Assembly (NCBI GenBank): GCA_040386535.1 | Contig: JAZKFH010000013.1 | Location: 384,928-448,927, forward strand | Source of the DNA: Myxococcota bacterium | Lineage (GTDB): Bacteria; Myxococcota_A; UBA796; SXON01 | Length of the DNA stretch: 64,000 nt | Direction of reading: 5' to 3' | Shown: piece after piece, positions 46,041 to 56,147 of the stretch | Layout of the letters: each line of letters starts with the position of its first letter | Numbering within the stretch: position 1 is the first letter of the stretch | The notes under the pieces: generated by a model | The model's input: only the letters and a program-made list of their open reading frames with translations | Database searches by the model: none | What the model was told of the DNA's origin: nothing | Program-made: the position numbers and the translations under genes

Positions 46041-46808
46041 TTAGAGCGTGAGCCCGCCGTCCACGTCGATGCAGCGACCGGTGAAGTAGTCACAGTCGAT
46101 GATGAACTTGACGGCGGAGAAGATCTCGCCGGGGGTGCCGACGCGGCGCAGGGGCACGGGCTTGAGCATGCCCTCGAGCACGTCGGGGCGCATGCCCTGG
46201 AGGATCGGCGTGTCGATGAAGCCCGGGGCGATGGCCGCCGTGCGGATGCCGTAGCGCGCGAGCTCGACGGCCCACAACTTCGTGTCCGCGATGAGGCCGG
46301 CCTTGGCGGCCGAGTAGTTGGTCTGCCCGGGGTTACCGTGGCGCGCGATCGACGAGATGTTGATGACGACCGAGGCCTTCGTCTTCGACTGGATCACGTG
46401 CGCCGCGAACTCGCGGGTGAGCAGGAACGGCCCGGTCAGGTCGACGTCGATGACCTGCTGCCAGTTCTTCAGCGACATCTTCTTGATCTCGCCCGTCTCC
46501 TTGTCCGGCTTGACGAGGAGCCCGTCGCGGAAGATACCCGCGTTGTTGATGAGGCCGTTGAGGCCCCCGAGGGCGGCGGCCGACTTGGTGACGAGGTCGA
46601 TGACCTGCGCTTCGTCCGCCACGTTCGCCACGAACCCGACGACCTTGCCGGGGAGGCCCTTGCCTTCGGCTTCGGTGGCGGCGATGCCGTCGGCCGAGAT
46701 GTCGCAGAAGGCGACGTTGGCGCCCGCGCCCGCGAGGGCGAGGACGAAGTGCTTGCCCATGCCGCTCGCACCACCGGTGACGAGGACGTTCATTCCCTGG
46801 ATGTTCAT
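46041..46808 (-). CDS. Short-chain dehydrogenase/reductase (FabG-like 3-oxoacyl reductase)
   Basis: TGGASGMG, NNAG, GQTNYSAAK (YxxxK) and PGFIDT. Confidence 0.9.
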   Translation of the reverse strand: MNIQGMNVLVTGGASGMGKHFVLALAGAGANVAFCDISADGIAATEAEGKGLPGKVVGFVANVADEAQVIDLVTKSAAALGGLNGLINNAGIFRDGLLVKPDKETGEIKKMSLKNWQQVIDVDLTGPFLLTREFAAHVIQSKTKASVVINISSIARHGNPGQTNYSAAKAGLIADTKLWAVELARYGIRTAAIAPGFIDTPILQGMRPDVLEGMLKPVPLRRVGTPGEIFSAVKFIIDCDYFTGRCIDVDGGLTL

Positions 46809-46936
46809 GAGGCTCTCCCAAAGGGGCGCAGGTCTAACATGCCGAGGCTGAGGTGCCGATGCGGACGCGGTGGGCGCAGCGGTACACCGGTCGGCGCGCC
46901 GCGGACGACCCGCCGCGAACGATCCGACCCGCCGCG

Positions 46937-49549
46937 CTACGCGGACAGCACCTGCGGGACCGCCGCCAGCATCGCCCCGATCTGCTCGGGATCCTTCCCA
47001 CCCGCCTGCGCGAGGTCCGGCCGGCCGCCACCCTTGCCGCCGACCATGGTGGCGAGCGCGCCGACGATCTTGCCCGCGTTGAAGCGGGACCCCGCGAGGT
47101 CCTTGCTCACCGCGACGAGCAGGCGCACGTCGTCCGCGTCGCGGGAGGCGAGCACGATCACGCAGGTGCCGAGCACGTCGCGGAGGCGGTCGGCCTCCTC
47201 GCGCAGGGTCTTGCCGTCGCCCTGGATCTCGGCGGCGAGGACCTTCACGCCGTCGATCTCCACCGCGCGCTCGCTCAGGTCACCCGCGGCGGCGCGGGAG
47301 GCTTCACGGCGGGCCGTGTCGAGCTCCTTGGCGAGGCGCGCCTTGTCGTCCAGCAGGCGCCGGATGGCCTCTACCAGCTTGTCCGGGGAGGTCTTGAGCT
47401 CCTTCGCGGCCGAGCGGGTCGTGGTCTCGAGGTCCCGCACGTAGGTCTGGGCGCCGACGCCCGTTTGCCCCTCGATGCGGCGCACGCCCGCCGCGATCCC
47501 GCTCTCGGACAGGATCTTGAACAGGCCGATGTCCCCGCTGCGGCGCGCGTGGGTACCGCCACAGAGCTCCTTGCTGAAGCCCTCGACCTGCACCACGCGC
47601 ACGTGCTCGCCGTACTTCTCCCCGAACAGGGCCATGGCGCCGCCCCGACGAGCGGACTCCACGTCCTGCACCTCGGTGAGCACGGCGTGGTTGGCGAGGA
47701 TCTGCTCGTTGACGAGGTCCTCCACCTTCTGGATCTCGTCGGTCGTCATCGCCTTGTGGTGCGAGAAGTCGAAACGGAGGCGGTCGGGGCCCACCAGCGA
47801 GCCCTTCTGCATGACGTGGCCGCCGACCACCTGCTTGAGCGCCGCGTGCAGGAGGTGCGTGGCGGTGTGGTTGAGGCGCGAGCGGTTGCGACGGGCGGTG
47901 TCGACCTCGAGCGTGACCACGTCCCCCACGCGCAGCGTGCCCGAGCGCACCTCGACCTGGTGGGCGTGGAGGTCCCCCGCGGGCTTGCTCGTGTCGAGCA
48001 CCACGGCCTCGCCACCGGGCCAGCGGAGCACGCCCGTGTCGCCCACCTGGCCGCCGCTCTCCGCGTAGAAGGGCGTCACGTCGGTGAGCACCTCGGCGCG
48101 TTGGCCCTGCACCAGCGCGCTGACGCGGGCGCCCTCGGACACCACGGCGCGGACGGTGCCGGTGTCGGTGTCACGGTCATAGCCGGTGAAGCGCACGCCC
48201 ACGTCCTCGACGAGCTGGTGCCACACGTCGGAGATCGACTCCTCGCCCGAGCCCTTCCAGGCGGCGCGCCCCTTCGCGCGCTGCTCCTCGCGGAGGCGCT
48301 CGTACTCGACGGTGTCGACCTCGAGCCCGCGTTCGGCCGCGATGAGCTGGGTCAGGTCGAGCGGGAAGCCGTAGGTGTCGGCGAGCGCGAACGCCGTGTC
48401 CCCCTGGACCCGGTCGGGGCTCTCGACGAAGGCCTTCTCCAGGAGAGCCATGCCGCGGTGGAGGGTGCTGGCGAAGCGCTCCTCTTCGATGCGCACGACG
48501 TCGAGGATGAAGTCGCGGCTGGCGCGGAGCTCGGGGTACACCTCGCCGAACTCCGCGATCACGACGTCGACGGTCTGGTAGAGGAAGGGCTGCTTGAGCC
48601 CCAGCTTCACGCCGTACCGGATCCCCCGGCGCATGATGCGCCGCAGCACGTAGCCACGCTCCTCGTTGCTCGGCATCACGCCGTCGGCGATGAGGAACGC
48701 GGTCGCGCGGCTGTGGTCGGCGATGACCTGCAGCGCGATGTCGGTCGCGCGGTCGGCGCCCTGTTGCACGCCCGCGATGGCCGCGGCGGCCTTCAGGATG
48801 GGCTGGAACAGGTCGGTCTCGTAGTTGGCGTAGACGCCCTGCACGATCGCCGCGACGCGCTCGAGCCCAGCGCCCGTGTCGATCGACGGGCGGGGGAGGG
48901 GAGTCAACGTCCCGTCCGCCGCGCGGTCGTACTGCATGAACACGAGGTTCCAGAACTCGACGTATCGGTTGTCCCCGCCGGCGGGGCCGCGCGTGTCGTC
49001 ACTCACCTCGGGGCCGTGGTCGTAGTGGATCTCGGTGCACGGGCCACAGGGCCCCGTGTCCCCCATCGACCAGAAGTTGTCGGCCTCGCCGAGCTTCTGG
49101 ATGCGCGCCTCGGGGAACCCGATCTGGTCGCGCCAGATGACCAGGGCCTCCTCGTCCTTCTCGTAGACCGTCACCCAGAGCCGGCTCGGATCGATCCCGA
49201 GCTCGACGGTGATGAAGTCCCACGCGAAGCGGATGGCTTCGGCCTTGAAGTAGTCCCCGAAGCTGAAGTTCCCCATCATCTCGAAGAACGTGTGGTGGCG
49301 CGGCGTGTGGCCCACGTTCTCCAGATCGTTGTGCTTGCCGCTCACCCGCATCACCTTCTGCACGGAGGTGGCGCGGTTGTAGGGACGGCGCTCCTTGCCC
49401 GTGAACACGTCCTTGAACTGCACCATGCCGGCGTTGGTGAAGAACAGGGACGGATCGTTCTGCGGAACGAGGGGGCTCGAGGCCACCACGGCGTGCGCGT
49501 GACGGTGGAAGAACTCGAGGAAACGGGCGCGCAGATCTGCGGAGGTCAT
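46937..49549 (-). CDS. alaS: Alanine--tRNA ligase
   Basis: FTNAGMVQFK, HHTFFEMMGNFSFGDYFK, GPCGPCTEI, WNLVFMQ, HTATHLLH, ELCGGTH and GGKGGGRP. Confidence 0.98.
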   Translation of the reverse strand: MTSADLRARFLEFFHRHAHAVVASSPLVPQNDPSLFFTNAGMVQFKDVFTGKERRPYNRATSVQKVMRVSGKHNDLENVGHTPRHHTFFEMMGNFSFGDYFKAEAIRFAWDFITVELGIDPSRLWVTVYEKDEEALVIWRDQIGFPEARIQKLGEADNFWSMGDTGPCGPCTEIHYDHGPEVSDDTRGPAGGDNRYVEFWNLVFMQYDRAADGTLTPLPRPSIDTGAGLERVAAIVQGVYANYETDLFQPILKAAAAIAGVQQGADRATDIALQVIADHSRATAFLIADGVMPSNEERGYVLRRIMRRGIRYGVKLGLKQPFLYQTVDVVIAEFGEVYPELRASRDFILDVVRIEEERFASTLHRGMALLEKAFVESPDRVQGDTAFALADTYGFPLDLTQLIAAERGLEVDTVEYERLREEQRAKGRAAWKGSGEESISDVWHQLVEDVGVRFTGYDRDTDTGTVRAVVSEGARVSALVQGQRAEVLTDVTPFYAESGGQVGDTGVLRWPGGEAVVLDTSKPAGDLHAHQVEVRSGTLRVGDVVTLEVDTARRNRSRLNHTATHLLHAALKQVVGGHVMQKGSLVGPDRLRFDFSHHKAMTTDEIQKVEDLVNEQILANHAVLTEVQDVESARRGGAMALFGEKYGEHVRVVQVEGFSKELCGGTHARRSGDIGLFKILSESGIAAGVRRIEGQTGVGAQTYVRDLETTTRSAAKELKTSPDKLVEAIRRLLDDKARLAKELDTARREASRAAAGDLSERAVEIDGVKVLAAEIQGDGKTLREEADRLRDVLGTCVIVLASRDADDVRLLVAVSKDLAGSRFNAGKIVGALATMVGGKGGGRPDLAQAGGKDPEQIGAMLAAVPQVLSA

Positions 49550-49629
49550 CGTCGTACCTTGCTGTGGCAAAAGCCCCCTCCCTTATGCGCCGGGCGGCAC
49601 TCCTACAAGCCCCTTCGGGGGTCCCGCGC

Positions 49630-50709
49630 TCAGTCCGCGTCGTCCGTGAGGCCGGAGAGCCGAAGCGCCACCTCGTCCGGGTTGTTCGCGAAGCGCAGGC
49701 CTTGATCCTGTGCCACCTTGCCGTTGGTGATGTGGTCGTACAGCGCCTGATCGAACGTTTGCATGCCGTACTGCGCACGGCCCTTGCGGATGTGATCCCG
49801 CACCTCGCGAGTGCGCGACCCGTCCACGATGCACTCGTAGATCGTGCCCGTGTTGAGCATGATCTCGAGGGCCGCCACGCGCCCGCCGGCGGTGGCGGGG
49901 ACGAGCCGCTGGGAGATCACGGCGCGCAGCACCGAGCCGAGCTGGATCCGGGTCTGCTGCTGTTGGTGCGGCTCGAAGAACCCGACGATGCGGTTGATGG
50001 CCTCGTGCGCGTCGATCGTGTGGAGCGTGGCGAACACGAGGTGCCCGGTCTCCGCGGCGTGCAGGGCGATCTGCACGGTCTCCAGGTCGCGCAGCTCGCC
50101 GATCAGGATGACGTCGGGATCCTGGCGGAGCGCGGAGCGCAGGGCCTGGTGGAAATTGGGCGCGTCGAGCCCGACCTCGCGCTGGTTGACCACCGAGCGG
50201 CGATCCTCGAACAGGAACTCGATCGGATCCTCGATGGTGAGGATGTGGTGCTGCAGCGTGCGGTTGATCTCCTCGATCATCGCCGCCAGCGTCGTGCTCT
50301 TGCCCGAGCCGGTGGAGCCGGTCACGAGCACCATCCCACGGGATTCGTGCGACACCTTCTTGAGGATGGGCGGGAGCTCCAGCTCGTCGATTGTCCTCAC
50401 CTGGGTCGGGATCGCCCGGAGCACCGCGCCGATCCGCTGTTGGCTGCGGAAGACGTTGCACCGGAACCGCGCGACGCCCGGCACCGTATGGGCCAGATCG
50501 CAGTCGTTCGTGGCCTTGAACCGCTCGCGTTGGATGGGCGACATGATGTCCCACATCGCCTTGGCGAGCTCGTCGTTGTTCAGGGGCGGCAGCTCGCTGA
50601 TCGTGCGGATGTCTCCGTTGATGCGGAGCATCGGCGGCATGCCGACCTTGAGGTGGATGTCGCTCGCGTTGTTGTGCATGGCGAGGCGGCAGAGGGAGGC
50701 GAGGTCCAT
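49630..50709 (-). CDS. pilT: Type IV pilus retraction ATPase PilT/PilU family
   Basis: ASDIHLK, GSTGSGKSTT, TIEDPIEF, ALRQDPDVILIGE, GHLVFATLHT and GMQTFDQ. Confidence 0.9.
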   Translation of the reverse strand: MDLASLCRLAMHNNASDIHLKVGMPPMLRINGDIRTISELPPLNNDELAKAMWDIMSPIQRERFKATNDCDLAHTVPGVARFRCNVFRSQQRIGAVLRAIPTQVRTIDELELPPILKKVSHESRGMVLVTGSTGSGKSTTLAAMIEEINRTLQHHILTIEDPIEFLFEDRRSVVNQREVGLDAPNFHQALRSALRQDPDVILIGELRDLETVQIALHAAETGHLVFATLHTIDAHEAINRIVGFFEPHQQQQTRIQLGSVLRAVISQRLVPATAGGRVAALEIMLNTGTIYECIVDGSRTREVRDHIRKGRAQYGMQTFDQALYDHITNGKVAQDQGLRFANNPDEVALRLSGLTDDAD

Positions 50710-50828
50710 ACGGAGGCTCCTGGGCGTCGAGGCCCGACGTGCCGCACTCTACCAAGCGCGCACTACCGCGGGGGCACGGGTGGGCGGCCGCCGCTGGGGG
50801 CAGCCCCTCCGTGCCTTGCGGCGCTCGC

Positions 50829-51857
50829 TCAGGCCTCGGCCTGCGCCCCGCTCACGACGGTCACCGCGGCCTCGCCCTTGCCCATGATCTCCTTGCGCAG
50901 GCGCTCGCGGAGCTCGGGGTGGTCGATGAGGTACTGGGCGGCCTTGTCACGGCCCTGGCCGATGCGCTCGTCACCCACCGAGAACCACGAGCCCGACTTG
51001 CGCACCGCGCCGACCTCGACACCGATGTCGATGAGCTCGCCCTCGGAGTTGATGCCCTTGCCGTAGATGATGTCGAACTCGACCTGCCGGAAAGGGGGCG
51101 CGAGCTTGTTCTTCACCACCTTGACGCGCGTGCGGTTGCCGATGGCCTCCTCACCGGCCTTGATGGAGCCGATGCGCCGGATGTCGAGCCGCACCGAGGC
51201 GTAGAACTTCAGGGCGTTGCCGCCGGTCGTCGTCTCGGGGGAGCCGAACATGACGCCGATCTTCATCCGGACCTGGTTGATGAAGATCATCGAGGCGTTG
51301 GACTTGTGGATGTTGGCCGTGAGCTTGCGCAGCGCCTGGCTCATGAGCCGCGCCTGGGCGCCGGGCTGCACGTCCCCCATCTCGCCTTCGAGCTCGGCCT
51401 TCGGTACGAGCGCCGCCACGGAGTCGACCACCACCACGTCGACCGCGCCGGAGCGCACCAGCGTGTCGGCGATCTCGAGCGCCTGCTCGCCGGTGTCGGG
51501 CTGGGAGATCAGCAGCTCGTCGACATTGACGCCGAGGGCGCGCGCGTAGTTCACGTCGAGCGCGTGTTCGGCGTCGATGAAGGCGGTGACGCCGCCCTTC
51601 TTCTGCGCCTCGGCGATGATGTGGAGGGTCAGGGTGGTCTTGCCGCTGGACTCCGGCCCGTAGATCTCGGTGACGCGGCCGCGCGGGATGCCGCCGACGC
51701 CGAGCGCGATGTCGAGCCCGATGCTGCCCGTGGAGATCGCGCTGATCTGCACGTGCTCATGGGCGCCCATCCGCATGATGGAGCCCTTGCCGTACTGCCG
51801 CTCGATGGCGGTGACGGCGGCTTCGAGGGCTTTGGCGCGATCGGGATCGATGGGCAT
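50829..51857 (-). CDS. recA: Recombinase RecA
   Basis: [37 protein letters not shown] and [10 protein letters not shown]. Confidence 0.99.
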   Translation of the reverse strand: MPIDPDRAKALEAAVTAIERQYGKGSIMRMGAHEHVQISAISTGSIGLDIALGVGGIPRGRVTEIYGPESSGKTTLTLHIIAEAQKKGGVTAFIDAEHALDVNYARALGVNVDELLISQPDTGEQALEIADTLVRSGAVDVVVVDSVAALVPKAELEGEMGDVQPGAQARLMSQALRKLTANIHKSNASMIFINQVRMKIGVMFGSPETTTGGNALKFYASVRLDIRRIGSIKAGEEAIGNRTRVKVVKNKLAPPFRQVEFDIIYGKGINSEGELIDIGVEVGAVRKSGSWFSVGDERIGQGRDKAAQYLIDHPELRERLRKEIMGKGEAAVTVVSGAQAEA

Positions 51858-51985
51858 GAGGAACTCCAGCAGTCAGGGAGAGAGGTGGTTCGGACCAAGG
51901 GGTGCGGAACAACACACCAGTACCACGACGCTGTACGGGCGCAAGCCCAGCAGCGCCAAAAAATGTCCGCATCCGAATGATTCGT

Positions 51986-53206
51986 TCAGGTGAGGGGCTC
52001 GACGGCTCGACGGAGAAGGTCGAGCGCGGCGCCGACGGTGAACATCAGGACCCGCTCCCGCTCGAAGGGGAGGTGGATCCGCTTGTGCGTGGTGCCGGCG
52101 GGCCCGGCGAGGGCGAGATGCACGGTGCCGACGGGCTTCTCGGGGGATCCGCCGCCGGGGCCCGCGATGCCGGTGACCGCCAGGCCCCACGTCGATCCGA
52201 CGCGCGCGCGAATCCCCTCGGCGAGGGCGCGCGCGACCGGCTCCGAGACCGCGCCGAACGTGGCGAGCACGTCGGGATCGACCCCGCATTGGCGCACCTT
52301 CTCGGCGTTCGAATAGACGATCGCCCCGCCGAGGAGGTAGTCGGAGGCGCCCGGGATGGCCCCGAGCGCCGCAGCGATCCGGCCGGCGGTGCAGCTCTCG
52401 GCGGTCGCGATGGTCTCGCCGCGGGTGCGCAGGTGCTGCCCGGCAACCTCGGCGAGCGAGCCCGAGTCGACGCCGAAGATCACGTCCCCCAGGCGATCGC
52501 GCACCTCCGCTACGAGCGGCGCGGCGTCGAGCTCCGGGGCGAGGTGCAGCTTCACGTGCACCTCGGGCATGTGCGCGCGGTAGCCGACGAGCACGCCGGG
52601 CCGCTCGAAGCCCTCCATCTTCTGCCCCGCGACCGACTCGGCGATCCCCATGCACCGGAGCACCACCGTGCGGCGCGGAGGCAGCGCGAACCGCGCACGG
52701 AGCTCGGGGATGACGTGCTCCGCCACCATCGCCTTCATCTCGTAGGGCACCCCGGGGAGGAAGTAGAGCACCGTGCCGCCCTCCTCCATCCGGAAGCCGG
52801 GCGCCGTGCCGAGCCGGTTCACCAGCACGCTGGCCCGGACAGGGAGCACCGCCTGCTTGCGGTTGGCGGGGGGCATCTCGCGCTTGCGGGCAAGGTAGCG
52901 CTCCTCGACCTGCGCGAGCGCCTCGGGGTTCGACGCGACGGCCTGCCCGAACGCGGCTGCGGCAGCTTCGCTCGTGAGGTCGTCCGACGTGGGGCCCAGG
53001 CCGCCGGTGCAGATGACCACCGACGCGTGCGCGGCGGCCTCGACGAAGACGGTGCGGATGTCGTCCAGCACGTCCCCCACGACGGTGATCCGCCCGGGTT
53101 CGAGGCCGATCTGCGCCAGCTCGTGGCAGATCCAGCCCGCGTTCGTGTCGACCGTGGAGCCCGAGAGGAGCTCCTCTCCCTGCGAGATCACGTCGAAGCG
53201 CGGCAT
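51986..53206 (-). CDS. cinA: CinA (MoCF-like domain + PncC NMN deamidase)
   Basis: GEELLSG..VDTN, GGLGPTSDDLT, PGVP.EM, AESCTAG, GAVS and TGIAGPGGG. Confidence 0.93.
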   Translation of the reverse strand: MPRFDVISQGEELLSGSTVDTNAGWICHELAQIGLEPGRITVVGDVLDDIRTVFVEAAAHASVVICTGGLGPTSDDLTSEAAAAAFGQAVASNPEALAQVEERYLARKREMPPANRKQAVLPVRASVLVNRLGTAPGFRMEEGGTVLYFLPGVPYEMKAMVAEHVIPELRARFALPPRRTVVLRCMGIAESVAGQKMEGFERPGVLVGYRAHMPEVHVKLHLAPELDAAPLVAEVRDRLGDVIFGVDSGSLAEVAGQHLRTRGETIATAESCTAGRIAAALGAIPGASDYLLGGAIVYSNAEKVRQCGVDPDVLATFGAVSEPVARALAEGIRARVGSTWGLAVTGIAGPGGGSPEKPVGTVHLALAGPAGTTHKRIHLPFERERVLMFTVGAALDLLRRAVEPLT

Positions 53207-53226
53207 GCCGTCCGTTAACCGGGCGC

Positions 53227-53676
53227 ATGCGCGATAGCGGCCGAGTTCTGGCGCTCGACGTGGGGACCAAGACGATCGGCCTCGCCGTCTCCGACCCCAC
53301 GCGGCGAATGGTTTTCCCCTTGCGCACCGTGGCGCGGCGCTCGGTCGTGAAGGACACCGAGGAGATCGCGCGGGTCTGCGTCTCCCAGGGGATCACCCAG
53401 CTCGTCGTGGGGCTCCCGCTCACGCTCGACGGGGGCGAGGCGCGGTCCGCGCACCTCGCGCGCCAGGTGGGCGAGGCCGTCGCCGCGCGCACGGGGCTGC
53501 CGCACGCGTTCGTCGACGAGCGCTTCAGCACGATCGAAGCGGAGCGGCGCTTGCGTGAGGCGGGCGCCCCCGCGGGCCGCCGGAAGGAGGTCATCGATCA
53601 GTACGCGGCCGTCGTGATCCTGGAGGATTGGATCACGGCCTTCGGCCCATCCGCGGACGGGCCAGAAGCCGAGTGA
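53227..53676 (+). CDS. yqgF: YqgF/RuvX pre-16S rRNA processing nuclease
   Basis: LALDVGTKTIGLAVSD, VVGLP, DERFST and D..AA.VIL. Confidence 0.92.
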   Translation: MRDSGRVLALDVGTKTIGLAVSDPTRRMVFPLRTVARRSVVKDTEEIARVCVSQGITQLVVGLPLTLDGGEARSAHLARQVGEAVAARTGLPHAFVDERFSTIEAERRLREAGAPAGRRKEVIDQYAAVVILEDWITAFGPSADGPEAE

Positions 53677-53688
53677 TAAGCTCGGGGG

Positions 53689-54960
53689 ATGCACCGTCCC
53701 CCGCACGCCTCCCACCCCCACGAACCCCAAGCCGGCGCCCGCAGCCTCCGGGTCCACGTGGTCACCGTCTCCACCTCGCGCACCGACGCCACAGACACGG
53801 CGGGGCCGCTCCTCCGCGAGCTCGTGGTGCAGTACGGCCACCTCGTCGCCGGACACACCCTCGTCGCGGACGATCCGGCCGCCATCGGCGCCGCCCTCGA
53901 CACGCTCCTGGGGGACCTCTCGGTCGAGGCCGTCGTGCTCACGGGGGGCACCGGCGTGAGCGCGCGGGACTGCACGCCCGCCGTGGTGCGTGAGCGCCTC
54001 GATCGCGAGCTTCCGGGCTTCGGCGAGCTCTTCCGGATGTTGTCCTGGCAGGAGGTCGGCGCCGCCGCCATGCTCTCCACGGCCGTCGGCGGGATCGCGC
54101 GCGGGCGGCCCGTGTTCGCGCTCCCCGGCTCCCCGAACGCCTGTCGCCTCGCGATGGAGAAGCTCATCCTGCCCGTGCTCGGCCACCTCGTGTCCGAGGT
54201 GTCGAAGGAGTCGCCGTTGCCGGTGAAGGGCGCCGCGGCGCAGAAGGCGGCGCCGGTAAAGCCCGCGGCGTCGAAGGGCACCCCGGCCCCGTCGCCCGCC
54301 AAGGGCGCCGAGGCCGGGCCGAGCGTCCCCACCAAGGGGATCGGCCTCACCGCCTCCGAGCCGGAGCCACCCCCCGCGCCCGGGCACGGGGACCTCGTCT
54401 CCCAGATGGTGAACACGGCCGAGCGCCCTCCCGAGGAGGACATCGCGACCGGCTGGCGTGCAGGCCTCCGCGCGTTGGGCGGCGAGCTCCGCCGCGGCTC
54501 CTTCGGCGAGATCCCCGAGTCGGTCGAGCGCATCGCCGCCGCGATGGACGTCTTGAACGCCGCGACCGACCGGGCAACGGTCGTGCTCCCCGACGGGCGC
54601 TCCTACGCCGCGTTCGGCTACCCCGATCTCGTGCGCAACGCGTCGAAGGTGCTCCTCGTCCGCGAGGCCGAGCCCTTCGCCGAGATCGTGGCCCTGCACC
54701 GGTGGCCCGTCCGCGTCGGCACCTGCATCGAGGGAGACGACGGCATCGCGCCCTCCTCCGATCTCGATCCCGGGCCGGTCTCGCAGGAGCGCACCGGCGC
54801 GCCGTTCCCCGGCGTCGGCTCCCTGTTCGCGGTCGAGGGCGCCTCGGTCTACGTCCTCCAGGGCCGCAAGGTCGCCCAATTCGACGGGCGCAACGTCGCG
54901 GACGGCTGGCCGCTCGCGTCCGCCGTCGGAACCCTGCTCCTCCATTGGAGCCAGCGGTAG
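53689..54960 (+). CDS. moaB: MoaB/Mog molybdopterin adenylyltransferase-like domain fused to an unknown C-terminal domain
   Basis: VTVSTSR, TGGTGVSARD.TP, LPGFGELFR and LPGSP.A, then an Ala/Pro/Lys linker and a ~170-aa unrecognised domain. Confidence 0.82.
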   Translation: MHRPPHASHPHEPQAGARSLRVHVVTVSTSRTDATDTAGPLLRELVVQYGHLVAGHTLVADDPAAIGAALDTLLGDLSVEAVVLTGGTGVSARDCTPAVVRERLDRELPGFGELFRMLSWQEVGAAAMLSTAVGGIARGRPVFALPGSPNACRLAMEKLILPVLGHLVSEVSKESPLPVKGAAAQKAAPVKPAASKGTPAPSPAKGAEAGPSVPTKGIGLTASEPEPPPAPGHGDLVSQMVNTAERPPEEDIATGWRAGLRALGGELRRGSFGEIPESVERIAAAMDVLNAATDRATVVLPDGRSYAAFGYPDLVRNASKVLLVREAEPFAEIVALHRWPVRVGTCIEGDDGIAPSSDLDPGPVSQERTGAPFPGVGSLFAVEGASVYVLQGRKVAQFDGRNVADGWPLASAVGTLLLHWSQR

Positions 54961-55004
54961 GGGCGCCCACACGTCGCGGCTGCCGACAGCGTTAAGAGGG
55001 CCGC

Positions 55005-56147
55005 ATGGATCCTCTCACCCTCCTCGAGCCCGCCGCCACGCGCGTTCGTGACCCCCTCACGGGCCGCTCCGTCTGGCTCGCCGGCCTCATCCAGGACGCT
55101 CGCATCGAGGGCGACACCCTGCGGTTCACCCTCGCGTGCAAGAAAGAGCACAGCGCCGACGATCGCGCGCGAATCCGAGAGGCCGTGCTCCGCAACCTCG
55201 CCGAGGCGTGGAAGGGGGAGGTCGCGTGCACCGTCCGCGTCGAGGGCGTCGCGAAGCCGCCGATGGCTGCCACCGCGGCCGCCACGGCCGGCGCCGGAGG
55301 GCACGGTCACGACCACGGGCACGACCACGGCGGCCCGAAGAAGGACCCCGTGCGCGGCATGACCGGTGGCGGCATGCAGCCTCACGGCGGCCCGATCGCC
55401 AAGGCGCCGCTCCCGGGCGTCAAGCACATCATCGCCGTGGCCTCGGGCAAGGGCGGCGTCGGCAAGAGCACGGTGGCGACCAACCTCGCCGTCGGGCTCG
55501 CCAAGGCGGGGTACTCGGTCGGCCTGCTCGACGCGGACATCTACGGGCCGTCGCTCCCGTTGATGATGCACGTGACCGGGAAGCCGTTGGCGAACGCCGA
55601 CAAGAAGATCGTCCCCCTCGTCGCGCACGGCGTGAAGTGTATGTCGATCGGTTTTCTGGTCGACGACAAGGAGCCCATCATCTGGCGCGGCCCGATGGTC
55701 ATGGGGGTCATCAACCAGTTCTTCAAGGATGTCGACTGGGGCGCCACGGACTACCTCATCATCGATCTGCCCCCCGGCACCGGTGACGCGCAGCTCACGA
55801 TGGTCCAGGCCGTGCCCCTCTCCGGCGGCATCATCGTGACCACGCCCCAGCCGGTGGCCCTGCTCGACGCGGTGCGCGGGCTGGAGATGTTCCGGAAGCT
55901 CGACGTGCCGCTGCTCGGCGTGGTCGAGAACATGTCCTACTACGACGTGGGCGGCGCGCGGCTCCACCCCTTCGGCGAGGGCGGCGGAAAGCGGCTCGCG
56001 GAGGAGTACCAGGTCGAGCTGCTCGGCCAGGTGCCGCTCAAGGACACCACCCGCGCCGCGGGGGACGCCGGCCGGCCCGTCGTACTCGAGGGGGATCCCG
56101 TCTTCGTCGCGCTCGCCACGCGGATCGCCGAGCTGTTGCCCGCATGA
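55005..56147 (+). CDS. mrp: Mrp/ApbC/NBP35 family P-loop ATPase
   Basis: SGKGGVGKST, DADIYGPS, WRGPM, DLPPGTGD, TTPQ and ENMS; N-terminal DUF59-like domain. Confidence 0.92.
   Translation: MDPLTLLEPAATRVRDPLTGRSVWLAGLIQDARIEGDTLRFTLACKKEHSADDRARIREAVLRNLAEAWKGEVACTVRVEGVAKPPMAATAAATAGAGGHGHDHGHDHGGPKKDPVRGMTGGGMQPHGGPIAKAPLPGVKHIIAVASGKGGVGKSTVATNLAVGLAKAGYSVGLLDADIYGPSLPLMMHVTGKPLANADKKIVPLVAHGVKCMSIGFLVDDKEPIIWRGPMVMGVINQFFKDVDWGATDYLIIDLPPGTGDAQLTMVQAVPLSGGIIVTTPQPVALLDAVRGLEMFRKLDVPLLGVVENMSYYDVGGARLHPFGEGGGKRLAEEYQVELLGQVPLKDTTRAAGDAGRPVVLEGDPVFVALATRIAELLPA

Noticed and set aside
50773..50816. GGCACGG/CCGTGCC hairpin between recA and pilT
   Set aside because: Short GC stem without a U-tract; indistinguishable from background at this GC content.
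51900..51990. Possible LexA box upstream of recA (CCGAATGATTCGTTCAGG; CTGGTGTGTTGTTCCGC on the minus strand)
   Set aside because: Only partial, mis-spaced matches to the GTTC-containing LexA motifs I recall; not supportable without a genome-wide motif search.
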